DNA of 64,000 nucleotides from an uncultured bacterium (lineage in GTDB: Bacteria; UBP6; UBA1177; JAKLFG01): contig CALMRE010000074.1 in assembly GCA_937871295.1 (NCBI GenBank), forward strand, positions 5,088-69,087. Direction: 5' to 3'. Below the pieces are notes generated by a model that was not told the origin of the DNA, did no database searches, and saw only the letters and a list, made by a program, of their open reading frames with translations. Shown here piece by piece: positions 1 to 8,247 of this stretch. The stretch's first letter is position 1. The number at the start of each line of letters is the position of its first letter. The position numbers and the translations under genes are program-made.

Positions 1-595
1 GTTCCCCAGTTCCCCCGCCTGCGGCGCCGGCACCCCCGGCGAAGAGCCGGTCAACGACCCGATCATGCTGACCCTCACCGCTCAGGTGCCGATGAACGCC
101 CGCGCCTTCAGCATCGACATCTACTTCTTCAGCCGCGAGTTCCCCGAGTATGTCTGCGACTACAACGATTTCTTCATCGTCCTGCTTGATTCTTCCTATA
201 CCTCGGGCGATCCGACGCTCCAGAACCCCTTCGACAAGAACCTCGCGATGGACGAGGCGGGCAACCCGGTCGGCATCAACCTCGCCCCGGCGGGGCTGTT
301 CCGCGTCTGCTGTCAGGGGGGCGGTATCGCCTGCGGCTATACCCCCGGCAAGGATTACGGCCAGTTCTGCACGCTCGGCCCCACCGAACTGGAGGGGACC
401 GGTCTGTACGAAGGGCAGAAAGAGGGCGGCACCGGGTGGCTGGTGACGCGCGGCAATGTCGTGGCGGGAGAGACGATCACCCTGCGGCTCGCGATATGGG
501 ACACCCGCGACAACGTACTCGACTCGATGGTCCTCATCGATAACTTCAAGTGGCTTCCCAAAGAGGTCAACCCCGGCACCAGCATACAGGAATAG
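1..595 (+). CDS. Choice-of-anchor L domain protein, 5' end outside the window (paralog of the next gene)
   Basis: The frame is open from the window edge (FPSSPACGAGTPGEEPVNDPIML...). Motifs FFSREFPEYVCDYNDFF and LRLAIWD..D..LDS..LIDNFKW are near-identical to the C-terminal half of 686..2287. Confidence 0.8.
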   Translation, partial: FPSSPACGAGTPGEEPVNDPIMLTLTAQVPMNARAFSIDIYFFSREFPEYVCDYNDFFIVLLDSSYTSGDPTLQNPFDKNLAMDEAGNPVGINLAPAGLFRVCCQGGGIACGYTPGKDYGQFCTLGPTELEGTGLYEGQKEGGTGWLVTRGNVVAGETITLRLAIWDTRDNVLDSMVLIDNFKWLPKEVNPGTSIQE

Positions 596-622
596 CCCCC
601 GCCGTTCCCTTGAAAAATTCTG

Positions 623-650
623 TTGATATCGGGAACGCTCCGGATATAAT
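623..650 (+). promoter_or_regulatory. Putative sigma70 promoter
   Basis: TTGATA-16 nt-TATAAT upstream of the lipoprotein gene. Confidence 0.55.
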
Positions 651-685
651 GCCTCCGTTGGTGTGACATGAAAAAGAGGTGTTCC

Positions 686-2287
686 ATGAAACGCGCATTG
701 TTTCTTCTTGCGCTGTCGCTGACGGCGCTCCTGTCGATCGCGGCCTGTACCCCGACCGAAGAGGGGTTGACCGATACTATCGGCGGCGCCGACACCGATC
801 CGGGTAACGACGGCATTCAGGTCCCCGACGATACGACCGGCGACGGTACGCCGACCGAGGGAACGCCCGACGAATGGCCCGAGGATCTCTATCCCGATAT
901 CGATCAGGCGCAGTGCAACCCCGGTGATACGGTTGACTGCTATCTGGGACCCAACGGCTCGAAGGATGTCGGCATCTGCAAGTCGGGCACCTCGACCTGC
1001 GCCGAGAGCGGCAACTGGGGTAACTGCGAGGGTATGGTGCTCCCCGCGCCCGAGATCTGCGGGAACGGCGTCGACGAGAACTGCGACGGCGTGGACGGCA
1101 CCCCCGAGAACACCGTCGACATCGACGGCGACGGCTACACCTACTGCACCGGCGACTGCTGCGAGATACAGTCGGAATGCCTCCATCCCGAACTGGTCGG
1201 CCCCGGCGGCTACGACTTCCCCGGCAACGGGATAGACGACAACTGCAACGATGAGATCGACGAGGTCGAATCGTGCGATACCGGGCTTTCCGAGGATTCG
1301 ACCGACCCGGTCGACATGGCGAAGTCGATCGGCCTGTGCCCGACGGGCGACGGCAAGGACTACGGTCTGGTGAGCGCCGAGATGCTCTTTCCCGACGGCA
1401 CGACGCAGAGTCAGGTGTTCCAGTTGCAGGGACAGGACGCGCAGGGCAACGCCGTTACGATAGACTGCACCGCGACGCCGCCCAACCCCGATTCATACGC
1501 CATCCTGCCGAAGTTCGGCAATGTCATCACGCCGAAGGAGGGGGCCAGTTTCTTCATGATGTCATCGGGCGTCGCCGACGATCCGATACCGGCGCAGGCG
1601 CTTAAACCCGACAATACCTCGACCGAGTTCATGTGCACCCGCTCCAACGCCCCTACCGATTGGTACAGCGCCAACGGCAACGAGTTCCCGAGTTCCCCCG
1701 GCTGCGGCGGTCTGACCGGCGGCGATCCGGGCAAAGAACCGCTCAACGATCCGGTGATGCTCCAACTCAAGGTGAAGGTGCCGGTCAACGCCCGCTCCTT
1801 CAGCGTCGACATCTATTTCTTCAGCCGCGAGTTCCCCGAATATGTCTGCCAGTACAACGATTTCTTCGTGGCGCTGCTGGACTCCACCTTCACCTCGGGC
1901 GATCCGAACCTCGCCAACCCGGTCGACAAGAACCTCGCGATGGACGACGCGAAAAACCCGGTCGGCATCAACCTCGCCAAGTCGGGGCTGTTCCGCGCCT
2001 GCTGTAACGGCGGGCTCATCGCCTGCGGCTACGATCCGATGAACAACTACGCCCAGTTCTGCACGCTCGGGCCCGACGAACTGGCCGGCACCGGCCTGTA
2101 CGACGACAACGACAAGAACGGCGGCACCGGCTGGCTGGTCACCAAAGGGAACATCGTTCCGGGCGAGGAGATAACGCTTCGTTTCGCGATCTGGGACGCG
2201 CTGGACCATATCCTCGATTCGGAGATCATACTCGATAACTTCCGCTGGTATCCGGTCGAGGTCAAGCCGGGCACCGGTCAGGAATAA
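686..2287 (+). CDS. Lipoprotein with acidic linker, MopE-related/putative metal-binding Cys motifs and a choice-of-anchor L domain
   Basis: AGAGGT RBS before ATG686; signal peptide with lipobox SIAAC; PEICGNGVDENCDG, DIDGDGY and NGIDDNCNDEIDE motifs; C-terminal SREFPEYV..YNDFF...IWDALDHILDS. Confidence 0.8.
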   Translation: MKRALFLLALSLTALLSIAACTPTEEGLTDTIGGADTDPGNDGIQVPDDTTGDGTPTEGTPDEWPEDLYPDIDQAQCNPGDTVDCYLGPNGSKDVGICKSGTSTCAESGNWGNCEGMVLPAPEICGNGVDENCDGVDGTPENTVDIDGDGYTYCTGDCCEIQSECLHPELVGPGGYDFPGNGIDDNCNDEIDEVESCDTGLSEDSTDPVDMAKSIGLCPTGDGKDYGLVSAEMLFPDGTTQSQVFQLQGQDAQGNAVTIDCTATPPNPDSYAILPKFGNVITPKEGASFFMMSSGVADDPIPAQALKPDNTSTEFMCTRSNAPTDWYSANGNEFPSSPGCGGLTGGDPGKEPLNDPVMLQLKVKVPVNARSFSVDIYFFSREFPEYVCQYNDFFVALLDSTFTSGDPNLANPVDKNLAMDDAKNPVGINLAKSGLFRACCNGGLIACGYDPMNNYAQFCTLGPDELAGTGLYDDNDKNGGTGWLVTKGNIVPGEEITLRFAIWDALDHILDSEIILDNFRWYPVEVKPGTGQE

Positions 2288-2299
2288 AGGAGACGCGCG

Positions 2300-2620
2300 A
2301 TGAATATGAATATGCAGAGCCTCATGCAGCAGGCCCAGAAGATGCAGAAAAAGATGCTCGAGGTCGAAGAGGGCTTCAAGCAGGAACGCTTCACCGCCGA
2401 AGCGGGCGGCGGCGCGGTCAAGGCGACCGTCGGCGGCGACATGACGCTCAAGGATGTCGTTATCGGCGACGAACTGATGAAGAGCGGCGACCGTGAGATG
2501 GCGCAGGACCTCGTGCTTCTCGCGGTCAACGTCGCGCTCGATACGGCGCGGCGTGAAAAGGAAACGCGGATGTCCAAACTGCTCGGCAAGGCGGGCGCCG
2601 GCATGCCGGGCATGTTCTGA
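2300..2620 (+). CDS. ybaB: YbaB/EbfC family nucleoid-associated protein
   Basis: MQSLMQQAQKMQ...AEAGGGAVKATVGGD...QDLVLLAVN; classic position immediately before recR. Confidence 0.93.
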   Translation: MNMNMQSLMQQAQKMQKKMLEVEEGFKQERFTAEAGGGAVKATVGGDMTLKDVVIGDELMKSGDREMAQDLVLLAVNVALDTARREKETRMSKLLGKAGAGMPGMF

Positions 2621-3204
2621 TGGATTACGGCATCGTCCGGCGTCTGGTCGAGACGCTCCGCCGTCTTCCCGGCGTATCGCAGAAACTGGCCGAACGGATC
2701 GCCTTTTCTCTCCTGCAGGACCCCGACGCGCAGCGCGCCGTTGCCGAACTTTCCACGATACTGGACGGCGCCTCATCGTGCGCCGCCTGCGGCTGGTTCA
2801 TCGAAAAGGGGAAACCGTGCGCCAACTGCGCCCGTGACCGGCGGGTCATCTGCGTGGTCGAAAGTTTCTCCGATCTCATCGGCATCGACCGCACCGGCGA
2901 ATTCACCGGCTCGTTCCACCTGCTGGGCGGCCTGATCGCGCCGCTCGAAGGACTGCTTCCCGAAGACCTGACCGGAGACGCGCTCCTGCGCCGGGTGGAG
3001 GCGGGCGGCGTCGAGGAGGTGATACTCGCTCTTCCCGCCACGATCGAGGGGGAGGCGACGGTCCACTACCTGCACGAACTACTGGCGCCGACCGGCGTCA
3101 CGGTGAGCCGCATCGCCCGCGGGATGCCGTCGAACTCGAAGATAGAATACCTTGACCGCAAGACGATAGGGCACGCTCTCCGCGAACGGGTCAAGGTCTC
3201 CTAG
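2620..3204 (+). CDS. recR: Recombination mediator RecR
   Basis: LPGVSQKLAERIA HhH motif, C4 zinc finger CAAC...CANC, TOPRIM ICVVE...EEVILAL..TIEGEAT, SRIARG. Confidence 0.95.
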   Translation: MDYGIVRRLVETLRRLPGVSQKLAERIAFSLLQDPDAQRAVAELSTILDGASSCAACGWFIEKGKPCANCARDRRVICVVESFSDLIGIDRTGEFTGSFHLLGGLIAPLEGLLPEDLTGDALLRRVEAGGVEEVILALPATIEGEATVHYLHELLAPTGVTVSRIARGMPSNSKIEYLDRKTIGHALRERVKVS

Positions 3205-3225
3205 AATTTCCGGAAAAAGTAGTTA

Positions 3226-4254
3226 TCAGAGCGGAGGGAAGAGCGTATCGCCGTTGGCCATGATCTCGGTGCAGGTCCACAAGGGGTCGATCCGTTTCTG
3301 ACGCCAGATGTTCGGCCCCGACTCCTTGATGACGTTCTGCGCGCCGCTCTTGAACAGTGCGTTATCGGTCTTGAGCACCACCTGTTTATCGGTCCAGAAG
3401 ACGGTCCCTTCGATGGTCTGCGTCGCGCCGGTCCCGTTGACCTGCCCCCAGAGTTCCGAGGAGGATTTCTCGACGATGTGGGTCACGCCGTTGGAAAGAC
3501 CGGCGTTGACCACCACGCGGAGCCCCGGTTCGCCGTCGTTGTCCCAATCCTCGACATCGGGGCTGGCGGGGTCGGTCGGCAGTTCGTAGGTGCCCGGATC
3601 GGTCGGCAGTATAGACTGCTTGATCGAGCGCAGTTCCCAGAAGGTGGGCTGATAATATTCGCCGGAGGGGGTGATGTCGGCCTCCTTGTGAAGCATGATG
3701 AGCGAATCGGCGAACGACTGCGGCATCAGAATGTCTATCGGATTGAGCGCCGTTTTGTTCTCGATGATGATGTGACATATCTTGGAGTCAACCCAGAGGT
3801 GGCCTTCCTGCTGGCGTTGGGTCATGAGGAACAGGGTCCGGATCTCGGCGGTGGCGGCGTCGAACCCGGCGACCTTCGCGGTGGCGGTGAATATCATCTG
3901 CTGTGCCCACGAGCCACAGACCTCGGGGAAGGCGCCCGGCGCACAGTTCGGATCAACATCGTCGGGGACCAGCTCGTCCTCGTCGGAAAGCATCTCGTCG
4001 CCCGTCTCGTCGGGGAAGGTCGTAGAGTCATCGGACGGTTCGACTATGTCTTCATCAGCCGCCGCGTCCACCGTGTCCATTCCGTCCACATCGTCCACTT
4101 CAGCCATGCTGTCGTCGCCGGCCGTGTCTTCGTCGATGACGGCGGTGTCGGGGGTGTTGTCGGTGTCGGTGGTCGTGGTCGATTCATCGCCGCATGAGAC
4201 GATGAACAGCGCCGCGCCGCACGCGAGGCACAGGGTCGAAAGTTGGCGTTTCAT
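3226..4254 (-). CDS. Lipoprotein of unknown function with a long Asp-rich linker
   Basis: Lipobox IVSC; D/E/T-rich linker; DWDNDGEPG Ca-binding-like motif; start overlaps the stop of the FadL-like gene. Confidence 0.75.
   Translation of the reverse strand: MKRQLSTLCLACGAALFIVSCGDESTTTTDTDNTPDTAVIDEDTAGDDSMAEVDDVDGMDTVDAAADEDIVEPSDDSTTFPDETGDEMLSDEDELVPDDVDPNCAPGAFPEVCGSWAQQMIFTATAKVAGFDAATAEIRTLFLMTQRQQEGHLWVDSKICHIIIENKTALNPIDILMPQSFADSLIMLHKEADITPSGEYYQPTFWELRSIKQSILPTDPGTYELPTDPASPDVEDWDNDGEPGLRVVVNAGLSNGVTHIVEKSSSELWGQVNGTGATQTIEGTVFWTDKQVVLKTDNALFKSGAQNVIKESGPNIWRQKRIDPLWTCTEIMANGDTLFPPL
4048..4117. repeat. 70-bp direct repeat, copy 1 (in frame within a lipoprotein linker)
   Basis: 63/70 identical to 7268..7337; encodes DDSMAEVDDVDGMDTVDAAADED. 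Confidence 0.9.
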
Positions 4255-5939
4255 TCCTTTTTCTCCGTATCGTTGTTCGCGGTCTTGCCCTTTTCTTCCT
4301 TATCCTTGCCGAAATAGAAGGTGAGCCAGAGCCCGGCGCCGATGAGCACGCCGCCGCTTTTGTAGCCGGGATAGCCGGGGTTGTTGGTCTGGAAACCGTC
4401 CGATTCGGCGAGATGACTGCCGTCGTAGTCGCTGACCGATTCGGGGAATTCGTCGACCACCTTCCCGCTTCTGCCGGTGCCGGTCTTCGGGTCCGTTGCG
4501 GTCGCCGCGATGCCGGTCGCCTTCTTCTGCGTCCGGTCGATCAGGTAGTGGCACTGGAGCGACAGGCCGGTATCGAACGAATAGTCGCCGAGCTTCCAGT
4601 TACGGACGAATCCGGCGCCGAACGACAGACGGTGGTTGTCGACATAGTTGGTGCGGCCGCTCTGTTCGGGGACCGGGGTGGGGGTGAAGGCGACATCGAG
4701 CCCCCAGCGGTTCGCGCCGAGGTCCATCGCCACGCCGGCCGACGCCTTGAAGATATCCTTCCACGCGAAACCGGGGATCGTTTCCTTCACGAAGCCGCCG
4801 TAGAGTATCGATGTCTGGCCGGTTGTTTCGTCGACATATTCCGTCTCGAGGTCGTAGTCCCAATACTTGTTTTCCTGCGGTCGGGCGTTCTGGCGGTTAC
4901 GGTAATCGCTCCACCGTTCGTAGGTGCCGGTGAGCGTCGCGGTGAGCCCCAGCCCGTCGAAGTCGAACCGGCCCAGAGCGAAGGCGAGCGAGACATTGAG
5001 CGGGGTGTAGGCGTGCACGATGGAGAAGGAACTCTGACCGACCGAATTCTCCATGGGCCCCTGCATCCGCCAGAAATTCATATCGATGTCCGATTCTATC
5101 GCGTTATGCGAGGCGAGGTGGACCGTCGCGCTGATTCGCAGTTTTTCCCACGGTTTGGCGGCGATGGCGAAGTGTGGCGTCACCCGCAGGCCGATGGAGG
5201 AGCGGGCGAGTATGTCCTTTTCGTTGCGGGCGGCGTCGGGGATATAGGCGTCGGCCGTTATCTCGGTGCTGTTGATGAGCGATATGCCGACCCCGGCGGT
5301 GAGCCATTCCCAGTACACGCGTCCGCCCAGCCCCAGCGTTATCGAGAAGCCCTGCAGTCGGTCCTCATAGAGTTCAAAGTGGAGCGAGTTGGAAAAATTC
5401 GCCTCCCGTTCGTCGACGAAAAAGGAGCGCTGTCCCTGCAGTTCGGTCAGCGGCAGGATCATCGTGAAGCCGAGCGAAAGCCAGTTTTCGATGATCGCAC
5501 CCACCGCGCCGACCGTCGCGTAGTAGCCGTGAGCCACCGGACTGTCGGAGCCGCGCGCGGCGAGCAGGTCGGTCGGCTGGGCCTTGAAGGGGACGCCCCG
5601 CTGGGGAAGCCCGTCGCGGACCACCCGCGCCGTATAAATGCCGGAGCCGAAGCCGCCGTTGGCGTCCATTCTACCCTGTATGTCGGCTCCGGTCGGCCGA
5701 TCGAACAGCGATAGGTCGAGCCCTTGGTATGAGTAGGAAAAGGAGATGGTGACATTATCCTTCACATCGAGCAGGAGCGCCGGGTTGAAATAGGCGGTCT
5801 CGGGCCCCTGCGGCAAGGCCCGGGCGCTGAAGGGGTTGGTCCCTTCCGAGGAACCGATGAGTTCGCGGGTCGGGGAGGCGGAAAGTGAAGCGGAAAGAAG
5901 TGCGAAAACGCACACGATGCAATAGGAAAGCGACCTCAT
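4251..5939 (-). CDS. FadL/OmpP1-like outer-membrane transporter for hydrophobic compounds
   Basis: Signal peptide; AYFNPALL hatch motif; YERWSDY; PTPVPEQSGRTNYVDNHR typical of myxobacterial FadL-like barrels; terminal amphipathic strand LWLTFYF. Confidence 0.7.
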   Translation of the reverse strand: MRSLSYCIVCVFALLSASLSASPTRELIGSSEGTNPFSARALPQGPETAYFNPALLLDVKDNVTISFSYSYQGLDLSLFDRPTGADIQGRMDANGGFGSGIYTARVVRDGLPQRGVPFKAQPTDLLAARGSDSPVAHGYYATVGAVGAIIENWLSLGFTMILPLTELQGQRSFFVDEREANFSNSLHFELYEDRLQGFSITLGLGGRVYWEWLTAGVGISLINSTEITADAYIPDAARNEKDILARSSIGLRVTPHFAIAAKPWEKLRISATVHLASHNAIESDIDMNFWRMQGPMENSVGQSSFSIVHAYTPLNVSLAFALGRFDFDGLGLTATLTGTYERWSDYRNRQNARPQENKYWDYDLETEYVDETTGQTSILYGGFVKETIPGFAWKDIFKASAGVAMDLGANRWGLDVAFTPTPVPEQSGRTNYVDNHRLSFGAGFVRNWKLGDYSFDTGLSLQCHYLIDRTQKKATGIAATATDPKTGTGRSGKVVDEFPESVSDYDGSHLAESDGFQTNNPGYPGYKSGGVLIGAGLWLTFYFGKDKEEKGKTANNDTEKKE

Positions 5940-6052
5940 GACTCCTCAATTCGTCGTTTATCAACGCGGCTGATAATATCAAAAGACGAAGACTAGTCAA
6001 GAATTTATATACTTTTATTGTACTGAACTGTCAGCGGAATAAAGTCGGTTTA

Positions 6053-7441
6053 TTAGCGCCAGACCAGACCGTCGATATCCCAGAGAGCGTTGTCGAGATT
6101 GAAGACACGGTAGACGGTGCCGTCACGGCCGATGATGGCCAGCCGCGATTCGCGGTCGCTCCCCGAGCCGGTGTAGATGGTCACCGCGATGAGTTGCCCG
6201 TCGGGCGAGAAGGCGAAGGGGCGGTAGTGCGACGCGAACTGTTCCGTGGTGATATAGGCGACGAAGGTCTCGTCGGGCTGGCGGTAGCCGGTGTAGGTCT
6301 CGTTCCACGGCGCGTCGAGGATGTTCCCCATGATCGACAGGCCGTTCTGCACCGAGAGATCGGGAACGAAGCGGTAGAAGAGCATCTCGTCGGCGTGGGT
6401 CGCGGCGGCCAGTCCGCGCTGGGCGACATTGCCGTCGGTCCAGGCGCCGTAGAAGGTGTAGGCGGTCATGTCGGCGCCCCCCTCATCCTCGAAGAATATC
6501 TCGCTCGATATCTCTTCGGGACCGAACCCGAGGAACGACGCCATGATGCGGTTCGTGCCGTGGACGAACTCGGCCGAAAGCGGCTTCATGTACATCGGGT
6601 TGCCGTCGCCGGTCGGCAGGAAGGGGGCGATGTTCTCGCCCGCCCCGTCGGCGGTGAACAGTTCGATGTCGAAGGTGAGATAGCCGTCGATATCGGTTTC
6701 GCCCGTTTCGTAGGTGCCGGTGAAGACGATGCGCGACCCGTCCTCGCTCACCGCCGGGTTCCAGCGGCCCACGACATACTGTTGCATGATCGAGCCGTCG
6801 CCGTAGACATCGTATTCTTTGAGTTCGCGGGCGATGAGAATGGCGGGCGTTCCCGAAATAAGACCCTGCCCGTTGAGGTTCGCCTTCCAGATGCTCCCGA
6901 GGTGGGTGTCGCTGTAGTCGGCGCTCGAGTAGAGGAGGAACGACGCATCGGCCGGGAGCGCCGGACAGTATTCGAACTTGTCGGCAGTGTCGGTGATGTT
7001 CTCGATGGTCAGGCCGTCCATCTTCAGCCGGTAGATATCGCCGTAGTTACTGCCCTCGACATGGGCCGAAAAATAGAGACCGATGCCGATATCGCCCGCC
7101 GGAAGCGCCGTGCCGGGATCGTTGTCGAGGTCGAGCGGATCGGCCGTATCGGTGTCGGTGACGAGGGTGTCGTTCTCATCGGGCTGTTCGTCCGATAGCA
7201 GGTCGTCGCCGTCCGGCAGGATATCGTCCATTTCGTCCATGTCGGCCATGCCGTCATCCCCGACCAAGTCTTCATCGGCCGTCGTGTCCACAGAGTCCAT
7301 TCCGTCCACGTCGTCCGCTTCAGCCATGCTGTCGTCGGTGTCGATTTCATCGATGTCGGGATTGGTGTTCTTCTTGTCGTCGCACCCGACCGCAAATAAA
7401 AACGCGATAAGGGCGAAAAGGATCGTGCGGGTCATGTTCAT
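6053..7441 (-). CDS. Lipoprotein with acidic linker and TolB/PD40-like beta-propeller
   Basis: Lipobox AVGC; blade motifs WNPAVSEDGSRIVF and FAFSPDGQLIAV. Confidence 0.75.
   Translation of the reverse strand: MNMTRTILFALIAFLFAVGCDDKKNTNPDIDEIDTDDSMAEADDVDGMDSVDTTADEDLVGDDGMADMDEMDDILPDGDDLLSDEQPDENDTLVTDTDTADPLDLDNDPGTALPAGDIGIGLYFSAHVEGSNYGDIYRLKMDGLTIENITDTADKFEYCPALPADASFLLYSSADYSDTHLGSIWKANLNGQGLISGTPAILIARELKEYDVYGDGSIMQQYVVGRWNPAVSEDGSRIVFTGTYETGETDIDGYLTFDIELFTADGAGENIAPFLPTGDGNPMYMKPLSAEFVHGTNRIMASFLGFGPEEISSEIFFEDEGGADMTAYTFYGAWTDGNVAQRGLAAATHADEMLFYRFVPDLSVQNGLSIMGNILDAPWNETYTGYRQPDETFVAYITTEQFASHYRPFAFSPDGQLIAVTIYTGSGSDRESRLAIIGRDGTVYRVFNLDNALWDIDGLVWR
7268..7337. repeat. 70-bp direct repeat, copy 2 (in frame within a lipoprotein linker)
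   Basis: 63/70 identical to 4048..4117; encodes DDSMAEADDVDGMDSVDTTADED. Confidence 0.9.
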
Positions 7442-7568
7442 CCTCCATTACGGTTCTCTACCCAAGGGGGGCATTGTAGTGAACAACCTCCGAAAATCAA
7501 TCCCCGAAATAACTTTATTTTTCGTGATACCCACTCTATAATCGCGCCGGACCTTGAAGGAGAACGGT

Positions 7569-8237
7569 ATGCTGCGGCGTTTCATAATGCTCGTCGGTTT
7601 GTTGACGCTCTGCACCGGCCTCCTGTCGGCGCAGGAGGGGTCCATTGTTACCCCCGAGGGCGAAGTGATCAACGAACAGTCGGCCCCGGAACCCGACTCC
7701 GCACAAGGCTCCGCCGGGCAGGCCGAACCAGCGCCGGCTCCCGCCGAACAGACGCAGGACGACGCGCCGATACAGCTTCCCGAAAAATGGTCCGGCGCCC
7801 GTGCCGAACAGTTCGGCCTCGGCTTCCTGCTCGGTGAACCGACCGGTATCTCGTTCCGCTGGTTCTTCCACGAGATGCAGGGGATCGACCTCCTCGCGGC
7901 GTGGGGTTGGGGCTGGAACCATCATCAGAAGATCGTCATCCACGCCGACTATCTCTTCCGTTTCTACGATCTCATCCCGATACCGAAGGGCGACACCGCC
8001 CTCTATGTCGGCGGCGGTCTGCAGGTGGGCGTTTTTGATCACGAAGAATATGACAACTATTATCACAACAAGCAAGATTGGCGTTTTCTTTTGGCGTTGC
8101 GTCTGCCGGGCGGCATTCTCTATCAGGTGCAGTCGTTCCCGATAGAGGTGCTCTTCGAACTGGCCTTCCTGTTCAATATCCTGCCCGCGCCTGCGGCCGA
8201 CTTCAATGTCGGGCTCGGCCTGCGGTTCTGTTTCTGA
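7569..8237 (+). CDS. Small outer-membrane beta-barrel protein (DUF3996-like)
   Basis: AAGGAG RBS; signal peptide; FGLGFLLGEPTGIS...HADYLF...LYVGGG; C-terminal beta-signal GLGLRFCF. Confidence 0.7.
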   Translation: MLRRFIMLVGLLTLCTGLLSAQEGSIVTPEGEVINEQSAPEPDSAQGSAGQAEPAPAPAEQTQDDAPIQLPEKWSGARAEQFGLGFLLGEPTGISFRWFFHEMQGIDLLAAWGWGWNHHQKIVIHADYLFRFYDLIPIPKGDTALYVGGGLQVGVFDHEEYDNYYHNKQDWRFLLALRLPGGILYQVQSFPIEVLFELAFLFNILPAPAADFNVGLGLRFCF

Positions 8238-8247
8238 CGGGGAACTC

